Source of the DNA: Obrimoposthia wandeli | Taxonomy: Eukaryota | Direction: 5' to 3' | Assembly (NCBI GenBank): GCA_977020255.1 | Contig: CDROCS010001153.1 | Location: 310,001-374,000, forward strand | DNA: 64,000 nucleotides | Shown here: positions 33,901 through 49,164 of the stretch, piece after piece | How positions within the stretch are numbered: the first letter of the stretch is position 1 | Layout: each line of letters starts with the position of its first letter | Made by a program: the position numbers and the translations under genes | The notes under the pieces: model-generated | Databases searched by the model: none | What the model was told of the DNA's origin: nothing | Seen by the model: the letters and a program-made list of their open reading frames with translations, nothing else

Positions 33901-35199
33901 ACTATTTGAATACCTGCATAATTTGTATACTTATAATGTACAATACATATATATTGACAGCTGTTCAATTTCAATTTAATTAAAATATCAAAATATTGGC
34001 GGGCTGTGCCTGAACACCTGTACATCTAATTAAAACAAATGACCGATGACAAATGGTTTTCAAAACTTCTTCACAACAACCAATGCACCTAGAGAGTAAG
34101 AGTGATGAATTGTTAACCACAAAAATACGGAGATAAAATTATGTAATGAATAGAGATTTCTAAAAATTAATATACAGATGAATTTTTAGTTAATGAATTT
34201 GTCTAAATTAGTATTTGTAATACTTCCATGTACCAGTTCTACTGTTATTTGCATATTCCTTTCTAATTCCATTTATCTTTCATGGGATTTTCTTGTTTAA
34301 TTGATATAGAAAATGTAACTCGACATGAAGAAGGGGAAATAGTTACCCTTTGGAATCCGGTGTACTCAAATTATAAGAAAATATCATTTCAATACATAGT
34401 CTTATCATTTCTGTTTTTATATATTTTCTAGTTTTGTTTTTGTCTTTACATCTTTAATTTACAAATGTTGAAGTAAAATATATTATTTTTCAATACATTT
34501 TGCCCTTTCATTTAGTAGGTCGTAATAGTCGTAATAATACTGTATCTTAGATCTGCAATGGACTAAACTATTTTTTTAAAAATGTTCAGAACAATAAAAT
34601 TTCCAAGAATTTTTAATCATAAATTTTATGATTTGTTGTTGTAAGTTCCCTAGTTACATTTATTTAGAACTTATAGAAAATAGAGTCCCCTTTGTAAAGT
34701 TTAGTGCTTATTTTATACAGTTTCCACTTTGTTTTCTTTGCAAAATCTTAAATTTCCCAACACTGGATCCCAATTCATTGAAGCTAAAAAGCCAAATACA
34801 GATTTTATTTCTCAGACTTTTCTGAAAATCAGCACTTTGTCATGAGGATATCATTCATACGACGACACTGCTTTCTAGAATTATTCATGCGTTCTCATAT
34901 GAATTATTTAGGATTCACAGAGGGTGGATGCAGCTTTTCAGTTTTCGGTACATTGTGAATAACAAATTTTATACACTTTTCTAAATATGCACTTATCTCT
35001 AATTACAAAAGGCAAAATTGATTCTGCACACTTTTTCTTTGTACATGAGCGTAATTTTGGAGTTTTAAAATTGAGGAAATTAAGTTAAGAAGTTATGAAA
35101 ATCAGAAAATTTTGTAATAGTCGTTGTTAAGACTTTTTGGTAAATATTTTATCGATTTATATATTCATTTGGTACATGCGGTAGTTTCATTTCAAATAG

Positions 35200-35414
35200 C
35201 CACAACAAACAAAAGTCTCGTGTGGTAGTGTCCCCCTGTGTAGCGGCTAGCGCTCAATACACGGCGTCGACTAACTCGATCACCATTCAGACTGTCGATG
35301 CACAACAAGCGCAGTCTCGATGCCATCGTTCCTCAGGGAACCACGTACGATCTGCTGTCTGAGGAGAACCGTCTCACCACAGCTGGTGTCCATGTTTCAG
35401 ATCCCGACAAACTG
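35200..35414 (+). CDS. Host exon, reading frame ambiguous
   Basis: Acceptor TTCAAATAG, donor GTGAGC. The incoming frame stops inside the exon. The frame from ATG 35298 reaches the donor in phase 0, matching exon 49165. Confidence 0.45.
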
Positions 35415-37599
35415 GTGAGCAGTCTAACATTCCTTCTTAACTAATCCACTTTCCATAATACACGAATTTAGCGGAAAAGTCATTTGAATCTTGTAAAACA
35501 TTTCAACTAACAACGCGTGCGCATGTTGAATAAAAACAGGGGATTATACTGCAAATATGATTAGCTAATAACATAGTAAAGCAATGGCAGATTGAGTCAT
35601 TATTGAAATTGACCAAAATAATATTTTTATCTATCTTTTCTTTCGCCATGGTGTAATTAAACGTTTTACGAGATGTGTCAGAAAAGTAGTAGGACTGAGT
35701 GTGTTGTGTAAGCTGTGATTAGTGGATTGAATAACGGTTTGCTTCATCGTGGTCTCAGCCATTTGTAGAAGCGATCATTTGTTAACAGCCCCGCAATTTT
35801 ATCCTTACTCGTCCAATCTGGTTCCTAGGGAATTTTTCCTTTTACCAAGCTCAGGGGATCAATAAGGTGACAATCAAGTCAAAATATGGATGTGACGTCG
35901 AAACTACGGAGAATCCTGAGAATCCTTCAAGCAAAGCGTTGGGTTTAACCGAAATGAAGTACTCCTCAAAGGCTAAATCAAAGCTCTTGATTTTCAAAAT
36001 TAGTAAAGATAAATTAAAATAAAAACTACTCAGATGACAATTCTTGTTAGACAAGTAACTATAAATTAATGTAAAAGTCAAGAAATGGAGCACCTAACAA
36101 GTAATAAATGAACAATTTATTCAACTGTTAAAATAAAGTAGAGTTAAATTGAAACAAATCGTTTCGTTAATGTTACGTCACATTGATGTGATTGATCTCA
36201 TCAAGCCGTTTTTCACTTTAAAAGCATTCTACAATATAAGAAATTTTACTCAGATTTGATAGGCTCACAAAACCGGTCTTCAACGATTCGACGATTTCAG
36301 AGGATACTTTTGAATTTTGTTAGTTTTTATACGATGTACTTATCAAACTATCAGAAGATAAATAATTACTGATTTTATTAAGAAAATCAATTTTTTTAAA
36401 AAAGCTTCTTATTAAATTTTTTTTTAACATTTGATATATGTATTGATTTATTATTTCATTTGGTATAGTTGAGCAGGATCATATTTCCTAACTTTATTTT
36501 GAAAAGTTATTTACAAAATTTTGTATTTATACGAAAATAATTAATATTGAATATTATAGCTATAATGAATTATATTTTATTTTAAAATTGACTTTATTTA
36601 ACTTCTTGAACTTGACATGAATACATGAATTTATTATCAATTATTTTGTATGAACTCTATTGTCCAACATAGACTTAACGTTTGTACGGTTTTTCAAATC
36701 ACAGCAAATGCATGAATGCGTATCGGAAAAGGATGGGATAGCGCATTAAACTTGCGGGGAATTACTTTGATGAGGAAAATGTGTAGTTTGTAGTTTGGAT
36801 TTTAAATATTTTCGTAACTTCAGTCCTGTTACTTTTCTGACTTTCTGACATAATGCTTTAATTTAGATCTAGATTCAATTCATTAACCACCGCCACCGTC
36901 TAAAAGTATTATTATTAAAAATATTTCAATGCCCTAAATAAATTCTGATATATCCAAAAAGACGAAATTTCTCTCGTACAGTTTTATAGCCTTGTTTTTC
37001 TGAACTTCAGAAGCACGCCGGATTCTACAATCTTCTTTTGCGGAAAATGGTAGTGTGTTTGCATGTATCATATTGACCTATATATTAACACTTTGGTCAT
37101 ACTTTTATATCAACTTTCTAATCTACATAGTTTTTAATACTCTTTACGCATTACTGAAAGTCGCTTAACTCCCTCTAAAACCCTCTGAACGTTTCCAGAG
37201 AAGCAAAATTGAAGGTGTATTAACTGAAAACTATTAATAGATATCTATCGTCAACAAATTAATTCTGACCCCCTGTTGTATTTTAATGTCTAATTAATTT
37301 TACCTAACATTGTTTAATAATTTTTTGAGAGGTATTAAGAATGTTTTTTGGTTTTAAATATATGCTGACCCAATCTTAAATTCAATAATTTGAGAGAAGT
37401 ATATCCTAAAACGGTAGAATCTCAAGAAAAACGCAAAATATTTCTGAGCCATTTTATTAATGAAATGTTAAACAGAAACGAAAAACACCACCGTTCATTA
37501 GTACTTATTTGCAATATTATCGTACATTTATTGAATTACAGCTCTTTTGGCGTTATTAAACTCGTTGACAGCAGCTCCAATTTTTAACCACAAGTCATA

Positions 37600-38000
37600 T
37601 TTGTTTTGAAATGAAGAAAGAGCATCAACTAAATCTTTCATGATCATCCTGAGTGAGTCACTCCATTACCCGAATTTCACTTTCAACAATGTTTCATTTT
37701 ACTTTATGATAAATGTGTGGACAAGCTTTGTCCTGCTGATACCACATATCTGACCTATAAAATCGGCATTATATCCTCCTTCAATAAAGTAAAATAATTT
37801 TCAGAGTGAGAGTATCGTTGACTTTCTCAAGATAAGTTTGCTAACATAACATATGGCTCCGTAAATCGCCACTGAACCACCACTTAATATTCTTCTCGTC
37901 CTTTCTCAATCAATATCTTGAGAACGCAGTTACCATGACATAATGATTTGGTTCATCAAGGCTAAATCTACATTCGTGGGTATATATATATATATATAAC
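37600..38000 (-). mobile_element. Degenerate Tc1-like transposase remnant
   Basis: ECRFSLD, GGSVAIYGAI and a broken QQD motif. Confidence 0.55.
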
Positions 38001-41000
38001 ATCTTCAAAGTTTATTCCTTATGTGAACCAATGCATTATTTGATCGTCTTGCCCTACTTAGGGGATTCAGTGTAAGATTTTTAGTTAGATTATTCTAAGA
38101 GTCTTCATATAATCTCCTTTAAAATGTATATAGGCTGACCTTTTCTTGCATTTTTTGCATAATTTAGTCGCATTGACCTGATTGGATTTCTGAATAACTT
38201 TACAAGCTCTTTTATCTTGGTATAGTAACTTTTTCCTGTAATTATTAATCTTTGCCTGTTGGAATGCTAAATAATTTAATTCTAATGTATTATTTTGCAA
38301 AAAAAACTCATTTGGAAGCAGTCCCGAGCGTTCAAAATGTAATGGTTGAGAATTATTTCGTTGACTATATATGATATTATCCATAATTGCATACCCTAAC
38401 TATTTTATTATGTAATTACATATAATAATACTTTAAAATGAAAATGATCTGAAAAGTCATTTAGGTTTTTAAACTGAAATTGAAAATATTTAATCTGGAG
38501 TGGGAGATATTGGCAACTTTGGCTCCAATACGTTGTACGACACTGCGAAGATTTGCTAACTACCAATATTAACTAGCAATATTGGATGATTTAATTATTT
38601 TCAATTAAAAGTTAATTTGTTTGAATATTCCAAACAAAAATTAAAAAAAACATTTTATTGTTGAGCTTAATTTTTAATAACTATTTAATATAAACTATAA
38701 TTTTAGTTACACAAAAGTTTTTTGTTTGTTGGTGACTATAATACTATTTTGTAGACGATTGTGAGATGCTATAAAAAGAAAAAAGTATAATTATAAGGCT
38801 CAAAAGCGAATAAATATGTAAACAAACTAAAAGAGAATTGTGTGTGTATAAAAGCAAGGGAATGTATTAAAAGTGGGGTTGTAATCTTTCACTTCAAGCC
38901 CAAACACAAATTTGTGGTAAAAATAACAGTAAGTCAAAGGGATCATAAATTAACAAATCGTCAAAAACTAATTTAAATGTATTTCGTAGTAAAATACATA
39001 CTTGAAAGAACAAGATTTAAAATCGGAATTTGAAATGTTAAATAAGTTCAAAGAACGAAGACTTAAACTGATACAAAATTGGATTATTAAAAATCATGAT
39101 TGGGATATTACATAATTTATATAAAAACTGTTAGATTCGGGAGAAAATTAGTTGTCACCATCTACCACTGACCTTTCCCCATAACCCAACTAATAATATC
39201 CTAATGGGGATTTTGCAAATACAATGTGTAACTGGATTGTGTCAAATATTTTTCTTGTTATTTTATTAGGAAAGTTAAGCGACTTTCTCTTTTCTAATTT
39301 AATGAACTTATTTTAGAGGAGCAGCGACATATCTAGATAATTGCATACGCTACACTAGTTTCAGATATTAAATACGTACTCTCACACTTCTATGGTCAAA
39401 ACAAAAAGGATTCCCCCCAAACAATGGCCATTTAGACACATTTATTTAGAGATGCTTGCTTTTATATTCAAGAAGAATTTAAATAGTTAAAACAATATTA
39501 AAAAAATGGACAATTTATTGAGTATTTGTTTTTTCTTTTCGAACTTATCATGACATTTATGTTTTAATTTACCTTAATTTGAAGGAAAGATAGAGGAAAG
39601 TCGATGAAATCATTCAATTGTAAGGTTTTTATTTTATCAACAAAATGTACACCACATAATATAACCCATAAACACTGAAATGTATCATTGTGTCTGGATT
39701 TTATATAACATATATAGCCAATTGGCTAACATTCACACACACACACACACACATAACCACGGACACAAGCCCTCTAGAACAGATGGCCTCTAATTATGAC
39801 TTTATGATATGTTGTATGTTAGGATGTTAGATAAATTTTGGGAAACTGTAGTTTATCTGCTCCCCTTATTTTATCCTGCAAAACATACAGAGAAATATTT
39901 CCCAAGACGTTGATGAACAATAAGCAAACAATCTTGACAGGACTGGGCAAATATGGTCTGAAATACTAGACCCTGACCTAATTCAGCAACGTTTCCAACT
40001 GCATTTAAGATGGCATTGTTAAATTACTTTTGGAAATCTAATTAACGGATTTGACTGCTTAATATTAGCTCAATGGCGTTAGTTGGTAGTTGTTTTTACT
40101 TATGTGATTTACAGGGTGATTCAAATCAACTGTTGCAACTTCAATTCCCGGTATTACAACTGAGTTTAGTCAGAAAATGATAAATATATAAACAAAAATT
40201 AATAATATTGTCTAATCCGGTAAAATATCTATCGATACAGGAATTTCTATCAGGTTTTTAGAACAAAAATCCTTGTGCTGAACATTAGAGTGGTTTAAAA
40301 CTACATACACAAACCAAAACTTTAGAAATCAGCTTCACTCCCTCGATTTTCTTGTTCCATATGTATATATTAGTCTGTGTGCAAAATTTAAAGTCCCTAG
40401 GATAATGGGAACCACTCCCCCAATGTAGAGTGTACATTTGAGGTTTAAATATTGCAATTTAGCGAATAAATTAAATTCACGAGTAGGTTTCAGGTCAATT
40501 TTTTTAATGAACCTTGTAATGTTGAAATAAAAGGCTTTGATAATGAGATTAGAAAAGTTATGTGGTTGAGCGGGAGATTGCTCACAAATGCGGGAGTCTC
40601 CTGCGTTATTTTAAATTTCGACACCTTTCTCATATGTAAATTTCTGAAATTTCTGTTATCCGAAAGTTAAAAAATCGACATGGGTTTTAAATTAAGTGAG
40701 TAAACTATAATTTGACAATTCTAACTATATATATATCCTTTTGGTACTCTTCACAATTTCTAAATCTTCATACTCATTGACAAAATCATCAACCTTTTTC
40801 GTTTTTTTTCATTTTATATATAAACAAATTAATAATTAAACATAGTAAAAAAATTCAAAACCATCGGTGAAATGTCTATACAGGATTTTATGTTGTCGGC
40901 ATGGACAGTTTGTCATTTGACGTAAATTCCAAGGTCGCTTATCAAATCAGTTTACAAAAATAGCTCCATGGACCAGATATGTGGGTGTTTTATTTCATTC

Positions 41001-44000
41001 ATGGTGAACATCATATTGATACTTTATTTGCCTGAAGATAATCGACATGTCAGATACGTGATATATTGAGAGAGAATTGATAAACGGCATGGGACTTAAT
41101 GCCTAATACTGTATATCAAACTTCCCACATTGAACTTGAATATGTGTCCTGCCTAAATTCATTAAAATCTTCCATGTCGTGTTTTACAGTGTCTGATGAT
41201 TTCCTTCATCATCTTTGACATTGATAAACAAAGTTTCACAATCGAGCCCAGAATCAATATTCAGAAGTCTAAAGGAAAAAGCATCATTATGTTTCTCTGA
41301 AATCTAGCACTGACGATGTCCGGAATTCGCGGCGGGAGTTTCTCCTCAATCGATAGTACGTCATAAGAGATGGCAAGGCTTTCCTGGATAAACCCCGTCT
41401 TTGTTCCCTGTCGCGATTATCATCACTATTGTCAACTAGCGCTCTCACGACAATCAGTCAGACTAGGACAATGTCGATATTAGTATCTGTATCTTTGTTT
41501 CAACCTCATAATTTCCTCGACAATAACACGAAGCAATTATCTATCAACTTTCATTTATTTTAAGATTTTTTGGTTAAGATGCGATATTTGATTATATTTT
41601 CCCTTTCTTATTATGTGAGATGATATAATTGGAACAGGTTGGCAAATTGTAAATCTCGGTACTCACATAGTATATGTTTGTTGTCAAACGCTACGTAAGG
41701 TAGTATTCTTGTTTACTTACATTGTGTTTTCCTTTAACAATCACTCGTTGCAAAACTCAGAGGGTCAGCAAGTAGATGCACGTGCCACTGATTTTGTTAA
41801 GCTAATAAATACAACCTTACAGGTGGCAATGTAATTTACTCACTCATCATATTGAAGATACTGCTTCTTAACTAGAAAGATTTTTATTTCTTCGAGTATG
41901 CCTATAAATTGATGTCTAAATTTGTTGCAGTTAGCATTTCGTAATATAAAAACATTTAATACAACAACGTGATTTCAAATGTATATTTAAATTACAATGA
42001 TAACTCTAACTCGATAAAATAATATTTTACATTATATAACGTAACATATAAAATAATATTAGTACAACATATATTACTTTTAAAGGTATATTTCTACATT
42101 TCGGATATAATGAATTTCAGCTGAAAATAATCTTTTTCATATATCTATATTCTAATTCTACAGCATATACTAAATCCAATGCAGATTATTATTATTTCTA
42201 TGCAAGGTCATGGCTATATATGTTAGTTACAAGACTCAAACTCGATCTTTCTTTTAAGATTAAATTTGGTTTAACCAAAAAATGGGGATACTATGTGATG
42301 AAAATTTATCTAAATTGAGTATATACAAATTTAAACTAATTTGGTTGAGCTCTCTTTGAGTTTTTATGGGCTTAATGGACTTTTCGATGGGCCTAGAAAA
42401 ATTAAAAATAATTTTCTTCGGTGTTCTTTTACATTATTGTAAGGCTGTTTTTAATAATTAACCTTTTTCTTAAACGTTTTATTTTTTTCTATTTTCAATT
42501 GTAAATTAAATGACTTTCTGGATAATTTGATTCTTACAAAATTTAAAATGTTGGTGATTTTTAAAACATAACTTGAGCTTCATAAATATAAATTTATCAA
42601 ATATACAAATTTATATTTTACTGCAAATAATATTTGGTTTTCGTAATAATTTTAAATTCCAATTATTTCATTTATTGTTAAAAGAATTTAATTTATAATT
42701 TTGATCCTAAAATATTATAATTTTGCTTATAAATATAAAATAATCATATAGTTTTTATAAATCAAGCATTTGGCCGTCTTAAAAACTATTAAAAGTATTA
42801 TAACTGCCAATAACATGTAAATTATAAATATTACTTCTTGTGTAGTTTAAAGTTTATATGAAAGATAATCATTTTTTTCCACATAAATTTTAAAAAATGT
42901 TCATTAGTATTCAATTGCTACGTTAAACAAAAATAACTTTAAACAAAATAACATTATAATTTAATTGAAGTTTTGTAACTATTGTCAACAAATTGAATGG
43001 ATGTGTTCAAATCTGAAAAATATATCAAATTAGTTAGAAAAATTAGAAATATCATATTATTATAAATTTGTATATATTTGTAAATGAATAAAATACTGTC
43101 AGGTTTACTAATTTGTATTGATTTTTTTATAACATAGCAGAGTAAGTATTTTATGTTATACTTACTTTTTAGTTTACTTTTAATCTTGTCTCAACTATAT
43201 GAGAAATAGATCTAACTACAGTACAAGGCCAAATTAATTAATTTGTCTAATTATTCTGACAAACTACATGAAGGTTAATTAGAATATTTCTACCATCGGC
43301 TATTAATACGCTGGTCTATGCAATTAACGAGACGAAATGGCTGTAATGGTTACAATGAAAAATGACGTTTGATGCTAATATTACACAATCGTTGACTTTG
43401 GTATTAATTCAGATATACTTGGTTGGAACCATAATTTCATTTCTCTGCAGTCATTGAATACAATTTAGATCGTTTGACTCATTGGTTTTCAAAAATATAT
43501 GACATCACAAAATTAATCTAAATTAAATGTTCAGTTTACTGTAAAAAGGACTACTTACTCATAATAGTAGAAAAAGTTTAAAATTAACTGTATTTCTATA
43601 ATTCATAAAATAACATTCGAATTTTTAAATGTTATAACATTGGGATGCTTTTTATATTTTAACATACACCTAATCCAACTGATTAGTGCCGTTATAAAGA
43701 GTCGGCATGTAATCCTATAGTATAAGATGAGATTAGTAATAATAAATAGTAAAACTTACCGATAAAAAACAGCATCTATCCAAAATGAATGTTGCCATAA
43801 AAACTGAATAATTACCTACTATAGAATGCATGCAGTCACACGTCTACAGGGCAGGAAAAAAATGTGTTTGTGATTTTTTACTATAGGGTGTGTTAACAAA
43901 TTGAATAGTGCCGTAAAAAGTCATTAGTGCCGCTTTTTTTTATTAAAATACGTAGAAAATATACCCCTAACGATGAAAGGATGGTAGTTTAAGAACTATT

Positions 44001-44601
44001 ATATGTTTTATGAAGATTTGGAGATTATGTTTTATAATATTATATTAAAAAAAAACTTTATAACTGACCGTAACTCCGATGTTAGTCGTTTTTCAGAGAA
44101 AATCATAGGAAAATGTAGTTTTCTTCATAATTAAGAATATTATGAGCTCAAAGAGGTCTTGATTGCAGCATGAGATTGGAATCTTCTTTTTATAAAGGAG
44201 AGCACAGTCAGGGGAATTGTTTGCAAACTATTTAATCAAACTAATATCAGCATAACACATATCAGCAGGGGCTCCAAAGGAGTATTAAAATCAAAAAATC
44301 CAAAAATGGCGGTAAATTTATTATTGGAGAGGCGGGATCAAAATCCGTACACGACACTGATAGATATGGCTCAATTTCTCAGATATAACCATACAATTTA
44401 ATGTTTGGACAAATATGACATTTTTGGTACCTGAGTTCATTTTAATATAATTTTAATAAAATAATCACCTTTTCTTGTCTTATTCATGTATCATAATCCA
44501 AAATAATTCTAAAATTATTAAAAAAACACATAAAAAGTGCAAACTTACGAGTAAACGGCACTAATCATATTGCTATCGGCAATATCGACTTTGATTGGGT
44601 G

Positions 44602-45320
44602 TATTTCTGCTAATGATCTACAAATTTCCATAAATTTTAATTGACTTTTTGTACTAATGTTATTTGGTTAAAATTTAATTTGATTTTTTTTCTTATTAAG
44701 ATTAAATTTAAAAAAGGATTAAACAGCTAAATATATTTTTGAATCGATGCTTATAATAGCAAATTTCAGAATATCAGAAAGAAAAATTAGTTATTTATTG
44801 TATTATTGAATCAAGTAATCTTGAGGCTTTTGTGTATGAATATGTCATGTAAATTTGAACAAATATACATTTTAGATATCTTTGTAATTTGTCAATCAAT
44901 TCATAACAAAATCCCTAATTTATTTGTTGTATTGTCCAATTAAATCACGACTATTTTATATTTTAACATATTTCTGCTAATGATCTACAAATTTCCATAA
45001 ATTTTAATTGACTTTTTGTACTAATGTTATTTGGTTAAAATTTAATTTGATTTTTTTTCTTATTAAGATTAAATTTAAAAAAGGATTAAACAGCTAAATA
45101 TATTTTTGAACCGATGCTTATGATAGTAAATTTCAGAATATCAGAAAGAAAAATTAGTTATTTATTGTATTATTGAATCAAGTAATCTTGAGGCTTTTGT
45201 GTATGAATATGTCATGTAAATTTGAACAAATATACATTTTAGATATCTTTGTAATTTGTCAATCAATTCATAACAAAATCCCTAATTTATTTGTTGTATT
45301 GTCCAATTAAATCACGACTA
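44602..45320 (+). repeat. Tandem duplication of 352 bp (44602-44953 and 44969-45320)
   Basis: Three mismatches seen; 15-bp spacer. Confidence 0.92.
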
Positions 45321-46807
45321 ACCCCATGACTAATTGTAGTTATGTACTTTTATATTCGCAATTACTAAGTTGAATTATTGACCTTTTTATTTAGATTCTG
45401 TTTTTCATTTTATAATAAAAATTAAGTTATTCTCAGTTTATTATTATTTTATAATGAACATTACCAATAATTTTTACGGAAATAGGAATTAAATTATTAT
45501 GTATGTTATTAAAAACATCGTGTGAATTAAAAATTATTCATAGAAATAAAATTGTTAAATTTAAGAATGTCAGTGATTTATTAGTTAAAAAACACTTTTG
45601 TAAGATGGTTAAAATAATATTTTGTTTCAGAAGATACATTATGCAAACTTTACTTAATTATATGTATATTTCTCATGTATTTATATACGTTCAAAATTTT
45701 AAATTCGATGGCCAATCCAAGCAAGTTAAATATTAGCTTAAATAGTAGCAATAAACAGATGACTACTTTATATGGTTTTAAAACCGATGATTTTTATTTC
45801 TTGTTTGAGTTAAACTTTAAAGTTAAATGCAATTAAAATAATCGGCTTATATTCACTTTACCGATATGTCACAAGATATTAAAAAATTGCTGATTTTAAG
45901 TAAATGATTTTTAATATTTTATATAATTCTGATATTTTTTGATGACTTTAATAAAACTTTGGCTTGTTATTATTAACTTCTTATTGTAATACCTAATACG
46001 CCTTTAATTTCATTGTAATTATTGAGTCACAAATAGTATGTGAGTAACCTTCAAATATGATGTTGGTAAATGTAGGTAAATTGGGTATGCGTCAGGTAAT
46101 CTAATCAACTTTTTCTACACTACCTGTTTTCGATTAACTTCGATTAATTTGGTTAGAAACAGCTACTTTTAGTTTAGAATCAAAGTTTTAAATAATTTTG
46201 TCTTTATATGTGAGTATTGGAAATAATTTAGGTTTGAAAATATTTTCAAGATTTTGTGGAGCAAGTATGATATTTCGAAACGTTTTGGTCCTGGGACCGT
46301 GTAGTAAAAGTATTCTAATTCAAATTGTAGGTTACAGGAAAACTTACCATAATTTCTCCACCGTTTACTACAAATGCATCCTTACCGCCAAATACCCGCT
46401 GGATACATCCCAGCTTAATAAAGAGGCTCATTTCCCTCACATATCCTCGACAAATATTACACAACACAAACTGTCTCACTGCTTAACCATATTTCAATTA
46501 AAGCTGATAATAACAAAATTTTAATTTTACTAATTTGTAATATAAATAGCTTCGTAAAATGTTTTTTATATATAATGAATCTTTCAATACAACATTTTAA
46601 TATTATTAGCACTCAAAATGATTGAGGTACAACAAATTCTACTTATTTTGAAATTAGATTAAATGCAACACTCAACATCCGTATTGATATAAAAACGACT
46701 TATAATAATTTACACACCATGAAACAGTGCATAGGGGGTAATATTAATCGCAGGATTTTGTTGACGAAAAGAAATGTGGTAGTTGTCATATGTAAATAAA
46801 CTATGGG

Positions 46808-48197
46808 TGTTGCTAAAAAACTTCTGGTTCTAGAATCCTCGTATGGTGGCTCCCAACGTGGATCCCATAGATATAGGTCTTATTGATAGTCGTGACCTAC
46901 CTAGCCCTATTGAGTCTGAACTAGTGTAATGTAATGTAGATGTGACAGGACAACCGGTTAGAGCCAATATGAATTTTACTTCAAATGTAGTCTAGCAAAA
47001 CCCTGACTAAAAATGACCAATATATAGGCCGAACGACTCGCTTTCGATTAAACCTTTCCGATAAATGGCATTGGTCCTCTTCTGGTAAGTTAGGTCTTGG
47101 CTGTATTACAAGTATTTTAGCTACTTTCAATTGAGCTGAGTTATGTAACAGCGCTGTGACTTGATTTAGAAGGACACGTTTTCGAGGTTGGACAGATTTC
47201 TTTTATTAAATACGACAATTTATTACAATTAATAAATCTTTTATAAAGCTTTATTTCAACTTTTTCTAGAGCGATGACACTCTATTGATTCTTATTTGTT
47301 CATTACTAACATCGATTTATGAATTTGTTTGTAACCTGTAAAAGATTTGAACACAAATGCTAACTTCTCAATTTCCAGCAATTTAACTCCTAATCCTTTG
47401 GTTAACTGGTTAAAAACAATTAATTAATTCGGCTGATTCCGATTAACTTCTTAATTCAATTTATCATTTCAATTTTCCACCAATGGTTTAATTTTATCCT
47501 ATTCAATTTATACAACAATTATGTTGATGTGGTCTTCTACAGAACAATTTTATTCAATTCAAATTATTGAAAATTTAAAGAACAATTATTGAACAAATGT
47601 GTATATGTGATCTCAGTGAGATCTCACTATTGATTTTGTCTCCTGTAAGTCCGTCGAGTCTGGGGATCCATTGCTGATAGAATATTCCTAATATTACTTC
47701 TGTAAATCCGATTAGTTCTTGGTTTCATCATCAAACATTTGATTAACCAGTCAATGATCTCGTCTTATATACTTGATCTGATCCCCTACTGTGATATTTC
47801 GATCGGATTTCTCCGTGTATTCTTGATGCTCGATGTTGCTCGGCGTTTCCTTGAAATCGGAACTAGTGCTCCTGCGAACTAGTGGCCGAATTCTTTATGT
47901 GGCATTAGTGGAATCGACTGTTAATTTATGGCTGAATTCTGATTTGGTCTGATTCGTTTACCTGGTGCATTTTTACTGTCTTTTATCGGGGCTATCTGTA
48001 GCTCCTTTATCTTTCTTCTCGGCACGGTTTTCTACAATGTTGCTCTTATATATCCCTACACATTTCAAGGTCATAATTTCTTCATCAGTTTCTATAGTTA
48101 ATTTGTAATTTTTTATTTTATTATTTTAAATTCTTGACTAAGGTTTTATACCCACTATAAATAACTTGACTTTATTAATTCTATTTACATTCTAACA
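46808..48197 (-). mobile_element. Probable solo LTR (about 1.4 kb)
   Basis: TGTTG...CTAACA ends; shares ATCCTC...CCCAAC with 54195 and 56739. No clean TSD. Confidence 0.5.
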
Positions 48198-49164
48198 TTA
48201 TGGTACTTTTTCATGAATAAAGTTTGCGGTACATGAGCATAGATTCACTTTATTTGAAGGTTACTGATATACTATATTCAGTAATTACAATTAAATTAAA
48301 GGTTTTACATATTATTTAAATAAAAATTTAATAATAAAAACCCATTAAAATCATCGAAAAATGTCAAAATTATAAAAAAATATTTTAAATATGATTTAAA
48401 CATGTGATCTTACCAGTTGGTAAATTGGATCGACACCTACAAATGTTTAAAGGTAGTTTTAGACAGGATTATCTAAGACGCAAATGGTAATAAATTTATA
48501 AAAAAATTATTTTTATACAAGAAATTTTAAATAAAATATTTTAAAATTATTGTAGTCTTATTACAGCAAAATTCATAACATCCAAAGTCTGTTAACTTTT
48601 CGATTTTCACAACTTTGAAACTTAAATTTGGCATTTTCATAAAATCATAAATTTATCAAAACAAATTATTTTCTACAATGATTCGATATAATTATGATCA
48701 ATATGATTTATTCATTTTCATTTATACTCAGAAAAAGTTAATATAATATCGGTGTTATAAAACAGGAAACTTTAAGTTTAGAAGTTTTGAAAATCGAAAA
48801 TTCAACAAACTTTCGATAATACAAATTTAGTGCAATACGATTCAATCTTGAAATTAAAGCGGTCAATTTAAATGAAAATTATATTAATGGGATGGGTCGA
48901 TATGGGTTAAGGTCTTTTTTCATATCTGAATATTAAATGGGTTTTATTTTAAATTTATATAAATTTTCACAATTTTTGTTCAATCGACATGGAATAGCTT
49001 CAAATACTGGTACATAAGCATTTATTCGGATGAGAGAAGTAAGCCCTGGTTCTGGAACTGAAACGAGCCTGGTTATTGGGTAACGAATATGTGTAGACTT
49101 AGTTAAACATCTGACAAATACTGGCAGCCTCTGTGTAAGCTGGGGAAAAAGGAAAGTTTTCCAG

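Noticed and set aside
40850-41400. Possible non-LTR reverse transcriptase remnant
   Set aside because: Only a weak LSPMPF-like match. Too degraded to support a call.
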